Shown one piece after another: positions 1-11,473 of a DNA stretch of 64,000 bases. The notes below the pieces were generated by a model that made no database searches, was not told where the DNA came from, and saw nothing but the letters and a program-made list of their open reading frames with translations. The stretch comes from Podarcis filfolensis. Taxonomy: Eukaryota. The position numbers were made by a program, and so were the translations under genes. Each line of letters begins with the position of its first letter. Position 1 is the first letter of the stretch. Where the stretch lies: NCBI GenBank assembly GCA_964270895.1, contig OZ185444.1, one strand, 5' to 3'.

Positions 1-284
1 CGATGGGGTGAGCTCCTGTTGCTCAGTCCCTGCTCCTGCCAACCTAGCAGTTCGAAAGCATGTCAAAGTGCAAGTAGATAAATAGGTACCACTCCAGCGG
101 GAAGGTAAACAGTGTTTCCATGCGCTGCTCTGGTTTGCCAGAAGCAGCTTTGTCATGCTTCTGACCCGGAAGCTGTCTGCAGACAAACGCCGGCTCCCTT
201 GGCCAGTAAAGCGAGATGAACGCCGCAACCCCAGAGTCATTCCGCGACTGGACCTAATGGTCAGGGGTCCCTTTACCTTTACCT
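1..284 (-). mobile_element. Sauria SINE (Squam1 type), cut by the window edge
   Basis: Minus strand starts ggtaaaggtaaagggacccctgaccattaggtccagtc; body includes ggtacctatttatctacttgcactttgac...gaactgctaggttggcaggagc. Confidence 0.9.
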
Positions 285-1472
285 AGGTAGGGTACTGTAC
301 TATTGTCACTGAAGAGAAAAGCATGGGCTGTTGTGGAGAGGCTCATGCTTCGATTTCCCCAGAAAAATGGGCCTTACAAATATTCCTAACAGTTAACTAT
401 ACAAATAGGGCAAGGGCAATGCTCCAGATTCAGATCCAGCACTGCTTCTCTCTGACTTCCTTTCATTTCAATGGGGCACATCAAGATGGCTGATGGAAGC
501 CTTCTGTGTCCTCTTTCAACTATTTGTGCTATAGGCATCGAATGCTTAAAAAAGAAATCGTTTACATTTAATGTTAAAAAAGTAAAATTGTTTGTAAAGG
601 GTTCCGTGATTCGCAACAATATTTTCCACTTTGGAAAGCAGGCACAATTTGCTTCCTAACCATACTTGATGGAATCTGAACAAGCTCGGCCAAAGATATG
701 TGTGCCTACCGCATTCAAGTTTAAAGCAGGGCAGTTACAGATTTACAGAACTGCTGATTGCCAGCTTCATTAGCCGCTGGTTATGCTTACGGACTGGCAA
801 AGGCATTGAGATCAGTAGTAAATCATCTTGTAGGTCAGCAGGAAGCTCATTATGGGCAGACAGTCCAAGTGACAGAAGCACTTTCTGAGAGTGCTAGAGT
901 AGTAATTTCCTGTGTGAAAGGCCTGCCGCTGTTTCTGCATTCCTCAGGGTACAGCTCTCAGAGAATGTTGCTTTTCCACAGGAAGAGGAAGGAAGCAGTT
1001 GTTCGTGATGGCTGTGAGGAATTTTATATATGCCTCAGAATCAGCTGTGAGAATAATGGTCACAGCTTAGATTCCCAGAAAAATGGGGGAAATGAGAAGG
1101 TGTGAAGGAGAGAATTGGTGATGGAGGCAGGATGTCACAAGTAAAATACCCTATGAAGCTACTATGGGAAAGGAATACAGAATGAGCGTCCATGCCCAAA
1201 TCCCACAGAGCCACTGAGGTGTTAATGCAGCGACAAATAAATCCCCCTGTCACACAAAGAGCTTGGTAAAGACTATTCATGAACAACACAATGGTGCATA
1301 TGTTCACTTAATTTCAGAACACATATTCTAGATCTCTAAAATCTATTGGTTGCTATAACACATACTGAACTATTATTTGTCTTTTCAAAGTGACACCTTT
1401 GGTCAAGAAAATACTCCCTAGCTGCAGTATACAAAGGGGAGGTCTCACCCAGAAAAGCGGAGCAGATCTTTA

Positions 1473-1698
1473 CAGTGGTACCTCGGGTTAAGAACTTAAT
1501 TAGTTCTGGAGGTCTGTTCTTAACCTGAAACTGTTCTTAACCTGAGGTACCACTTTAGCTAATGGGACCTCCTCCTACCGCTGCGCCGCCGCCAAGCAAT
1601 TTCTGTTCTCATCCTGAGGTAAAGTTCATAACCCGAGGTACTATTTTTGGGTTAGCGGAGTCTGTAACCTGAAGCGTCTGTAACCCGAGGTACCACTG
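1473..1698. mobile_element. Tc1/mariner-superfamily (pogo/Tigger-like) MITE, 226 bp
   Basis: TIRs cagtggtacctcgggtta...taacccgaggtaccactg; TA target-site duplication. Confidence 0.92.
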
Positions 1699-2155
1699 TA
1701 CTTGCAGTTCACTGAACCAGAGTAGCCACCAACAGCTCTTGCCCTGGCATCTTTGGCAACAGTCTCACAGGGCTGAATTAAAAACCCTAGCATGCAGCAT
1801 TTATTGGTGATGGTCTACAAAAATCACATAATAAGAAATCTGAAAATAATACACCCAAAGTTTGAAATATATAGTTGCTGAGGCATGGACATCGGAAGTC
1901 AAAGTATTTAGGAAGCAGCAACATCAAAACAGAAGGAGAGCCTTTGGGCATAAGGTAATCTGTAGCGCTGGATACCCTTGTAATTTGGCTGTAATTAAAT
2001 AAATAAGGCGTGAGCACCAGATGCTGTGCAGGATTTGGAAGTCAACCCTATCCAAACATATGTACAGCTTTTTAATTGCTCTGGATTAAAAAAAAAGTAT
2101 TAGAATCAATGTTTGGATTATATTTTAGTTTGTAATTCATCCTTGGAAAACTTAC

Positions 2156-2236
2156 CAGTAAAACAGAAGGTGAGGTAATATCTACGACAGGAGGGTCAAG
2201 TGTTTGCATATCTGTGACGTCATAGCTGGGATCTAT
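2156..2236 (-). CDS. POC1B: POC1B exon 10 (IDPSYDVTDMQTLDPPVVDITSPSVLL); exons 11-12 with the C-terminal POC1 coiled coil lie left of the window
   Basis: 81 nt; acceptor tgattttcaacag, donor gtaagt; aligns to human [27 protein letters not shown]. I found no ALEHI..QL exon in 1-2155. Confidence 0.88.
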
Positions 2237-3452
2237 CTGTTGAAAATCAGAGTTGAAAATATTATGACTGTTTCATCTACAGAAAATGGACACATGATGA
2301 AACCCTCAAAAACCACATGTCAAGATAATATTCCCCTTGTCAAACTATTAAATGTGTATCAAAATCACAGAATTGAAGAGTTGGAAGGGACCCCCTTTAA
2401 TGTAGGAATCTCAACTAGTAATCCCAGTTAGTAGGAGCCATTTACATACAGAACAATTTTATTCCATATGGCTTGGTTTCTGCCAAGGTAACTGGATTTC
2501 TCCTCAAGGTGTTTTGAGCAATTACTAGTTATAAGCCACATTCTTACTTCTAAGATGAACCAGTGCTTTTAAAAACGGCAAGTAAAAAAAAGGTCTGTTG
2601 GAAGCCTTATCCACAAATGCAGAGTGCTAACAGCAGGACTCTCACCATGACAAAGCATCCTAAAATCACACAAAGCACACTAAAATATATCTGGGACAGT
2701 CAAGAACAGATCAGTCACAATCAATGACATGATGTTAAAATATCCCTCTGTCACATCAAAGCCTTTAAAAAGCTTGCTGACATAAATTTTTAAACATCAA
2801 CAATTATTTGCAGATGCACACCTCACTATCAGTGCAGCAATCGGCCTGGAAAGCCCCATTCTATCCTGACATTGTTTCAACTTCTTCCATGGATGGGACT
2901 TCAAGCAAGGCCTCACAAAGCCTAGAGGAATCTAGTGCAGTAGCTTCTGGATAACTGCCAAACAGGGTCCATGTGCGCCTGTCTTCATTTAACTTGTCAG
3001 GAGAGGGGCTAAGGCAGTTGGTACCAACCGAAGCTTCCAAATTTTAGCAGCTTCTGGATCATAAAGCTATTTTAACTCTCTTTTCCAAGTCACCAGATTT
3101 AAAACAGTTTTACAAAACTGGTGTGTGCATGTGGGTGCAAAATAAAGAATGGCAGAAGGAAACTGAACAGTTTAGGAAATTGAGGCCCAGAGAACTTTTT
3201 ATGGTAATCTCTTGCCTGTGGCTGTAAAATTAATCCATATCCTGATCCTTCATCACATACTATTGCCCAGGTAAGATTGAAACTATAGGACACAGTGTGA
3301 CATTTCCAGTATTTAAAAACATATTCATTCTGGAAAAAAATATATTTCATACTGGGCTGTGCAAACTATTCTTAAATTTTAGTGCCATCTAGTGTCTGTT
3401 TGCCTTAGATGACAACTATTGATTTAAATTTTTTTATAGAAAGCATATAGAG

Positions 3453-3657
3453 CAGGGGTCATCAAACTTTTTCGGGGGGGCAGTCCACTGTCCCTCAGAC
3501 CTTGGGGGGGCCCCACAAATAACCCAGAGATGCATTTTAAATAAAAGCACACATTCTACTCATGTAAAAACACACTGATTCCTGGACGGTCCGCGGGCCA
3601 GATTTAGAAGGTGGTTGGGCCAGATCCGGCCCCTGGGCCTTAGTTTGCCTACCAATG
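3453..3657. mobile_element. hAT (Charlie-like) MITE, 205 bp
   Basis: Ends caggggtcatcaaact...agtttgcctaccaatg; perfect 8-bp TSD atatagag (3445-3452, 3658-3665). Confidence 0.88.
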
Positions 3658-3959
3658 ATATAGAGCTATCCTATACTGTACAGAATCTTGGATGATGATA
3701 CAATGATAACATGACCTGGCCTATCAGCATTATCACTCGGCATCAAGAAGATGACTGAGAGTATTATAAACCATCTATAGTTGGTAAATATAGAATAGCT
3801 ATATTAAAAGGTGTTATTTTTCATTAATGGGAATACTTAATAAACCCAACAATTATGGTGACTGCCTTTCTCTGTATGACACTGTTCCCTTCTTTTTGCA
3901 TGTGTGCATGTATTTCTGTCCTTCTCTGTCTACACCTGTGCACAAATATTTATTTAGTT

Positions 3960-4965
3960 GATAAAGATAAGTACTGATCTATTGACTCCTAGTAAGTTAG
4001 CTCGGTCCCAGCTCCTGCCCACCTAGCAGTTCTAAAGCACGTCAAGGTGCAAGTAGATAAATAGGTACCGCTCCAGCAGGAGGTAAACGGCATTTCCATG
4101 CGCTGCTCTGGTTCACCAGAAGCAGCTTGGTCATGCTGGCCACATGACCCGGAAGCTGTCTGCGGACAAACGCCGGCTCCCTCGTCCTTTAGAGTGAGAT
4201 GAGTGCACAACCCCAGAGTCATCAGTGACTGGACCTAACGGTCAGGGATACCTTTACCTTTACCTGAGTTAGCAAAAACGTATAAGACAAGTACATATAC
4301 CTGCTGGAAATGTAAAGAAAAAGAAGGTACCATTTACCATATGGTCGTGTAAAGTAATAAAAGCATTCTGGGAAATGATATATAATGAAATGAAAAAAAT
4401 GTTTTAAAAATGTTTAAAATGTTTAAAATAACTTTTATTTTAAAAACCAGAAGCTTTTTTTTTATTAGGAATTATAGGTACTGACATCCCAAAGGACCAG
4501 AAAAGACTTTGTTTGTATGCGACGACAGCTGTGCGGATGCTACTAGCCCAGAGATGGAAAGAAAACAAAGTCCCAAACAAAGAGGAATGGCAAACTAAGC
4601 TGGTGGACTACACCAAAGTGGCAAAACCGACCAGAAAGCTCAGGAATCAAGAAGACAAAAACTTTAAGAAAGAATGGGAAAAAAATTGTAATATATCTAG
4701 GAGGCCACTGTAAGCAGATGAAAACATTAGCAGGATTTTAATAACACTTGTAACGTAACAATCGCTATGGACAATATGGGCAGATACAAAACATGGATCA
4801 CGAAATTATATGACGTTGAAAATGTTGACACTAAGACCCAAGGAGGGAATGGGGGGGTGGGGAGTCAGGCGATTCAGAGAAATCTCAAAATGTGGACATT
4901 CATTTGGTATTTTTATAACTTTATGTTTGTAAAACCAAATAAAAATTATTTTCAAAAGGAAAAAA
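3960..4965 (+). mobile_element. L1/Tx1-clade LINE, degenerate ORF2 3' end and tail (interrupted by the SINE at 4002-4266)
   Basis: Translated fragments ..TP.KLAK.Y..., CWKC...GT..H..., TAVRMLLAQRWK...P.KEEWQ.KL; A-rich 3' tail. Confidence 0.75.
4002..4266 (-). mobile_element. Sauria SINE, 3'-truncated, inserted into an L1-like fragment
   Basis: Highly similar to the copy at 1-284; flanked by an agttagc duplication (3995-4001, 4267-4273). Confidence 0.9.
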
Positions 4966-5317
4966 CCAGACTTGAACTGATGTACATTTCTGCATTAAAG
5001 GTAGGGATGAATATTGGGGTCTGTGCTGGTACTGATTAAACGATTACAGATTTGAGTTCCCGGGTGAACACATTAATTCTTTACTGATTTGATAACAAGC
5101 TAGTTTTTGTTGGGCTTATTTAGGAACATGGGGAAATGGACCATATAAAACCTCAGGGTCTGCAAAAGAGTAGATTGAGAGGGAACGGAATGGAATAGCC
5201 TGGAAGAGAGACTGCTTGGCTGACATTCCAGAAAGCAATATTTTGCTGCAGGTCTCACTTGCAGGCAACTATTTGTTAACTTGTAAATAGTTAGATGTTA
5301 GAAGCCATAATGTTTAC

Positions 5318-5470
5318 CTCAACAGACTGTGGTTTTGCATCATGGCGATGAGGTGATCGAGGGTAAATATCAAGAAGGTGAGGGGGTTCATCCCCATGTA
5401 ATTTTCGCATGTGATTTTTAAGAACTTTCTTGTATTCAAATGCATCAAAGTTTGTTTTCCAGAACAACAC
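5318..5470 (-). CDS. POC1B: POC1B exon 9 (VLFWKTNFD...PPHLLDIYPRSPHRHDAKPQSVE)
   Basis: 153 nt; acceptor tttttacag, donor gtaaac; PPHLLDIYPR motif typical of POC1B. Confidence 0.96.
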
Positions 5471-5745
5471 CTGTAAAAAGTCATAAATAAAAATATTGAC
5501 TGACGTTTAACTCACACTTACTTTTTTGGTTTTGCGGTCCTTGCATTTGGCACGAGGACACAGGAGAGATACTGCAAAATACTGCAAGACCTCGCAGATG
5601 CGCAAACAAAGGGGCAGGGGCTCAAATTATAATAATGTCAGTAAGACTGTTAAGAAAGTATTAATAAAACACAGTAAACTCTTAATTGTTTAGAGCATCT
5701 AATAAAATTATGTTTCACATTAAGAAATCAAAATCGTTAACAAAC

Positions 5746-5814
5746 CTGTGCATCCACACCACCAGAGACAAATGTTTCCCCACCTTTTGAAAAGGCTACA
5801 GAGAGAACAGGTCC
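5746..5814 (-). CDS. POC1B: POC1B exon 8 (GPVLSVAFSKGGETFVSGGVDAQ)
   Basis: 69 nt; long polypyrimidine acceptor, donor gtttgt; resembles human [23 protein letters not shown]. Confidence 0.95.
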
Positions 5815-5934
5815 CTAGTCAAAAAGAAGAAAAGAAGCCAGATTAAAAATAAAATTAAAAGACTTCATATTGTTTATAATTTTAATATATTTTCCTCCTC
5901 CCCCCCATAATAATGCCTATCCTTTTCTTGCCCA

Positions 5935-6160
5935 TCATCTTTCCTATTCCTGTATACGAGTGTCTCTGCCCCCATCGTTCAGCCCGGACACTGAGGTCTA
6001 GTGCTGAGGGCCTTCTGGCCCTCACAGAAATAAGTGAAAGGACAGAGAACCAGGCAGAGGGCCTTCTCGGCAGTTGTGTCCGCACTGTGGGACACCCTCC
6101 CATCAGATGTCAAAGAGATAAACAACTATATGACTTTTAGAAGACATCTGAAGGGAAGCT
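5935..6160 (+). mobile_element. L2-clade LINE 3' fragment
   Basis: RTLRS..EGLL...RAFSAVVSALWDTLPSDVKEI..Y.TFRRHLK; close match to the copy at 34735-35230. Confidence 0.85.
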
Positions 6161-7158
6161 TTAAATGTTTGAGGTTGATGTCTCATCTCAACTTGTCAAC
6201 TCAAAGCAAAAAAAAATAAATAAAATGGAATTTTTGATTAATGTTGCCTGTGTCACAGGCAGAAATTACATTTAAGCCCCTCTCTTCTTCTACAATACAG
6301 TTTAATTGAGGCCGTAACATTGTTAGCCATTCATTAGCATGGCCTTTTGCTCCCTTTTAAACAAAAATATAAAACACGGATGATGTTCATTACCCTATCC
6401 CCTGTGAAGTCCTACTGAGCTTCATTCTAAGCTCCAGGCCTGTTTCAAAAGATATACAGAACTGAGCAAGACTGCATACAAATTGGAAGCTCAGATAAAC
6501 ACATTGATAACACCCAGCTTCACTTTTTCTATCCCTCCAACTCTGTTTAGGCTGTCTCTGGACTGTTTCAAGCTAAGCAGATACCACTCCAAATTGCACG
6601 GTGGCTGCATCCCTGTGATAGCGGCTCATCTCTCAAGTCATGTGTGAACTAATGCAGTCATGGCTGGCTGTGGCAGGTAGTATAAAAAAACTACAGGGCA
6701 CCAGGTTGGTGAAATCCAGGCCACTAAGTAGGATAGAAATTTAATAAATGATTAAGCCCAGGTTCTGTTTCCCAGCAGAAGCGAAGTGCCTGCAGAATCA
6801 GCAACCTGCACTAGCACACTGCTCATTCATTCACATAAAACCAAACTTTATCTTCCCTTTGGCTTCACTTGATGTGTGAACTAGGCCTGTGTAACTCAGT
6901 TCAGTTCTCTTAGCCTCAATTCAGTGTTGGAAATCAGTTTTATTGTAACATGTGAAGCAAAACAGCCAGAGATACGCCTATTGAACATTTTGTGTTTTCT
7001 GAACGGTTGTATTCACAGCCCAAGCACATACATTGCCACACTTTTCACATTCCACATTCTGCTCGAAACAATTATGTCTTGCAAGAAAGCAGCAATGTAT
7101 GAGGTGGTCCTTAGAAGCCCAAACAAGCAAGAAGGTAGAAGAAAGAACAACATGCTAC

Positions 7159-7292
7159 CTCATGCCCATGAAGCGTGTACAAGAGCCTTCCTCCTAAAAG
7201 ATCCAAAATCTTAACAGTACTGTCGCTGGAAGCTGTGAGGAGATAGTTGCCAGAAGGATGGAAAGACGTGCAGTTCACGCCGGCTCTGTGAA
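7159..7292 (-). CDS. POC1B: POC1B exon 7 ([45 protein letters not shown])
   Basis: 134 nt; acceptor ttaaatcag, donor gtagca; WD40 repeat. Confidence 0.97.
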
Positions 7293-7583
7293 CTGATTTA
7301 AGTAAAAAAGAATTCAGATTTTGATGGCAAAGAAAGGAGCCAATATCTGCACTGGCTAACACCGCAATCCACAGCATGCTTACTGAGAATTGTTTTGAAA
7401 GGCACTTACTCCCAGATACATGTTCAGAAGAGTGCAGCTGAAAACTGATTCATCAATATAAATGAAGTTCATTCTCTAATGAACAACACCTTTTGTTTTA
7501 ATTCTGCAGTAATCATTAAAATATTTTCTACCTATCCCTGCCTCAAACCTTCCTGACTTATAGCCACTCTATTATCCCTAAAC

Positions 7584-7720
7584 CAGGCATTGCCAAACTT
7601 GGCCCTCCAGCTGTTTTGGGACTACAATTCCCATCATCCCTAGCTAACAGGACCAGTGGTCAGGAATGATGGGAATTCCAGTCCCAAAAACAGCTGGAGG
7701 GCCAAGTTTGGCCATGCCTG
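7584..7720. mobile_element. Palindromic hAT MITE, 137 bp (youngest copy of a family repeated in this window)
   Basis: Long imperfect inverted repeat (ggccctccagctg...cagctggagggcc); perfect 8-bp TSD ccctaaac. Confidence 0.9.
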
Positions 7721-7859
7721 CCCTAAACTGTGCCTATAGTTCCCCCTCAGCTGCTTTTCCTTTGTGTTGCATTGTGGTTAGGACTACTTCATTCTATTGA
7801 GCAAAACCCAGCAGAATTGCACATAAAGTTGTTAACAGATGCACTTAACAGTGCCGCTT

Positions 7860-8178
7860 AAGATGGAGGCATATGATCATCAACTGAGGCCCTTCTCCTT
7901 ATGCCTCCTCTGCGAGAGGTCGGCAACACAAGAACAGGGCCTTTTCTACAGTGGCTCCCTTCTTGTGGAATGCTCTGGCTTGCGTGGCACCTTTGTTACA
8001 TATATTTAGGAAAAAGCATTCCTCTTCTCCTAGGCCCTTGGGATACCTAAACATCCCATGGCCTTTTAAACTGTTTGTGTCATGAAGGGGGGCGGTATTG
8101 TTTCATTTGTTACTATGTTTAGCATTTTTGTGTTTTTAAATTGTAAACCTCCCTGCAATCCTTGGATGAAGGGCAGTA

Positions 8179-8223
<45 letters not shown>
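7860..8223 (+). mobile_element. L2-clade LINE 3' end with (AAT)n tail
   Basis: ...RAFSTVAP.LWNAL..., 3'UTR ttgtaaacctccctgcaatccttggatgaagggcag, then (AAT)15. Confidence 0.75.
8179..8223 (+). repeat. (AAT)15 microsatellite
   Basis: Read directly. Confidence 0.98.
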
Positions 8224-8224
<1 letters not shown>

Positions 8225-8342
8225 TAGCTTTGTGACTCACATCCAAAGTATTCAAGAGGTAGGCTGGGAACAGAAGGCACAGAGTTATCTAGTCCTTGGG
8301 CATGGCCTTCAAAGAAGATGCTGCCTTGCTTGCTATACTCCA

Positions 8343-8482
8343 GGGCAGGGATAATCAATGTGGTGCTCACCTGATGCTATTGGTCCACAAATCCCACCAT
8401 TCATGTTCACTGGCTATACTGGCTAAGACTGATGGGAACTGGAGTCTGTCAACATCTGGAGGGGAAAATGTTGCTTACTGTT
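8343..8482. mobile_element. Degenerate palindromic hAT MITE
   Basis: Core ...gactgatgggaactggagtc...acatctggaggg shared with the family. Confidence 0.55.
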
Positions 8483-10932
8483 CTAGGGTAAAAGTCCAGA
8501 ACTTACAGCTGAATCCCTGAACCAGCTGTCTAGAAACAATTTTTAAGAAAGCTAGTTAAATGAATGATTTGGAAAACCACCCATTTTCAAGGGGTTTCAA
8601 ACCATCTGTAAGGGATCTGACATGGGTTTCTGAGAGAATGGCTGTACTTTCGGATTTTCCTGCCCTGGTTTTAACTGAAAGAGCCTGTAGACCAAGGTGA
8701 GGAACTTTTGGGGTTCCATGGGAAGTATCCATATTAGATCTAGCCTTGTGGACCCACCTGTCAATCACCTGACATCCCAATGCCATCAGGTGATTGGGAC
8801 CTTTGAAGCATCAAAGTTGAGACTTCAAAGCACCACACAGAGCTTGCAAAGAGACCTGCAGTGCTTTAAAGTGCCTGAGGCTTCAGCTTTCTGGTTATGC
8901 AAAAGAGATCCAGACAGTTCCAGCTCTGCTACCCATCCGCTGGTGGTGGAGCCGACATCAGCTGTGTGAGCCAATCCTATAGGCTTTGGCTCTGCTGCAG
9001 GTAGTACACAATAAAATGCATCGTATAACATGAGTAAACAAGAGCTTTTGGCTTCTGAAAAAAATGAATCTCCACACACTAACAGTGAATGATTACAGGG
9101 TTAGGGATGGGTCTTTGGGTACAGAGAATCTGAACCCCTTCAACAACCAAATGCAAGAAAAGCAGAGCATAGAAACACAAGCTGATTTTATTTTTCCCTC
9201 CTAGGTCAAGCTCAAAGTATCTACTTTATTAGGGGATTGAAAAAGATACTTGTGATTTTTATCTACACTACTGTGCTGCCATCCTGTGGCTTAAAGTAGC
9301 AAGAACATTTAGTTCTTATTGAGGGAAAGCAGATGGATTCTTTTAAAGCCTTGATCAACAAGACTAAGGGCTCATCCAGACTTCTGCTTGTGCTGCCACT
9401 TTTGCCTGGGAAACTCCGATCTCTAGCACGGAATTGGAGCAAACACCAACCGGGTTTTTTGCAAGCTGGTGTTTGCTCCGATTTAGCGCAAAAGAGCAAA
9501 TTTTCTAGGGGGAAACGGCAAGACAAGCAGAAAACAACTCCGACCCATGCTTTCTAGGTGCAGTATTGAGGAAGCTTGGGTGAGCCCTGAAGTTTCAGAA
9601 AGAACACGTTGGTCAAAAAGGAACGTTTCACTAAAACAAACAGCAATATCCAGACTATGCACCACTTTAAACTATAAGCAGAACCATAACTAATTTTACA
9701 AAGGCATGTTACTTACTACTTGGCTACACGTTTTAATTTTTGTTTTTGTTTTTCTTATTTACAATGCAGGACCGTATGAGAAAAATGGAGTGTATTTTTA
9801 TATTTATATCTTGCCATTCCTCCAAGATGAGTGATCCACAAATTCACAAAACACATTGGGTAGCCCTCCCTGTTGTGGCATGTTTGGCAAGCTCCTGTCC
9901 TCCCCCTGAACTTCAATCTGGAGAGGAGAAGGAGAAGTTCTCCCTATGGTTGAACCGTGCATTGGAGGCACTCCAAGTTACAGCACAGTGTATCACAGAC
10001 AAGCCCCCACCTTTCTCCTGCTTTTGGAGTTAGGAAGGGGTGTGTGGGATTGTTCCTGCATATGGACTGTGCTTCTCTAAAGCTCAGGGTAGCATCAGAG
10101 GGAGCTGGGGGAAGGGCATGGTTGTTTCTGCAAGTTTTTGCTAGCTACCAAGACCAGCCAAAAATCTGGGGACCACTGACACTAGAAGCATACAATGGGT
10201 TATCCTATAAAGTAAAATAGGGTTGAGAGGTTGCAGATTTTACATGGCCACAGAATGAGCTTAAGAAGAGAGCTGGGATATTAATTCCAGTCATTGTGGT
10301 CCTCTATTGTTTATCACTGCTATAGAGTTGCCATCTTTTCATATTTACACACTCAATGCTTTGGGGATCGTCATTTACTATGGTCCTAAAGTGGAAAGTG
10401 TGTCAGCATTTTGACATTGCTAAATGTGAATTTACTAGAATGGTACACTGGGCAGTCTACAGATTGAACTAATATGTTTCTCAAGAAGATTTAGTGGGCA
10501 AGAAAAAGCCCATACTGATTCAAGGACAGTGTTGACACCAAATAAAACCAAAGCAACAGCATAAATGGAACATAAGGGAACATACTTTTAAAATGGCTCA
10601 TGCAATTTATATAATTACACGCTGCTATATTAGCCATATGCTTATCAAACAGTCCTCTTTTAAAATATTAGTTTTGCATTAATGTATGCTTTCAGATGCT
10701 CAGAATGCCAGATTTAAATTCCTTCTGAAATATTTAGGCCAAGTCTGTAACATAGGCTTGCTTTATTATCCCCAAGTAAAAGATAAGAGACAAAGGCTTG
10801 GCTAGTGAAGTTAGCAGCAGAGATATGATTGTAACTGGAAACTTTCTGGGACACAGCCGGCATTCTTAGTTACTAAGACCTCTACTAGCTTTTAGAGAAA
10901 TTACGAAAGGAAGAGGTTTAGTAACCTTTTAC

Positions 10933-11048
10933 CTCGGTGCTGTTGCAATAATTTGTTTATTCGAATGTCCCAGATCTTCACTGCGTGATCGGAGCCTGCG
11001 CAAGCTATACACGTACCATCAGGACTGAAATCCACATAGTTGGCAAAT
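10933..11048 (-). CDS. POC1B: POC1B exon 6 ([38 protein letters not shown])
   Basis: 116 nt; acceptor tttccttgtag, donor gtaaaa; WD40 repeat. Confidence 0.97.
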
Positions 11049-11247
11049 CTACAAGGAAACATTAAAAATAACGATTTGTCATTTGTTACAAGAACAATGC
11101 CATCCACTTGGCTTACTTTATTGGCCCATGTTTTTTAATGAGTTTTCCATCACATCCTAAGGACTCAGAGCCATGCTGTCTGCCCTCACTATTGCCCTGT
11201 GAGGTAGGCCACACTGAGATACATTTATTTATTTCATAGTACTTATA

Positions 11248-11473
11248 CAGTGGTACCTCGGGTTAAGAACTTAATTCATTCTGGAGGTCTGTTCTTAACC
11301 TGAAACTGTTCTTAACCTGAAGCACTACTTTAGCTAATGGGGTCTCCAGCTGCTGCCGTGCTGCCGGAGCACGATTTCTGTTCTCATCCTGAAGCAAAGT
11401 TCTTAACCTGAGGTAATATTTCTGGGTTAGCGGAGTCTGTAACCTGAAGCGTATGTAACCCGAGGTACCACTG
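11248..11473. mobile_element. Second copy of the 226-bp TA-flanked MITE
   Basis: Same TIRs, length and internal sequence as 1473-1698; TA TSD. Confidence 0.92.

Noticed and set aside
380-1310. Possible POC1B exon 11 or an extra exon
   Set aside because: No ALEHI..QL..LT-like translation and no long open minus-strand frame between 620 and 1040; exon 11 is presumably left of the window.
8119-8370. ORFs with poly-Ile, poly-VC or poly-YI tracts (also 27930-28124, 37769-38155, 52362-52631)
   Set aside because: Translations of microsatellites, not proteins.
8556-9079. Two adjacent minus-strand ORFs in POC1B intron 6, with a NAGNAG acceptor at about 8995 in phase with exon 6
   Set aside because: No homology recognised, weak polypyrimidine tract, no convincing donor or poly(A) signal; inclusion would truncate the WD40 propeller.
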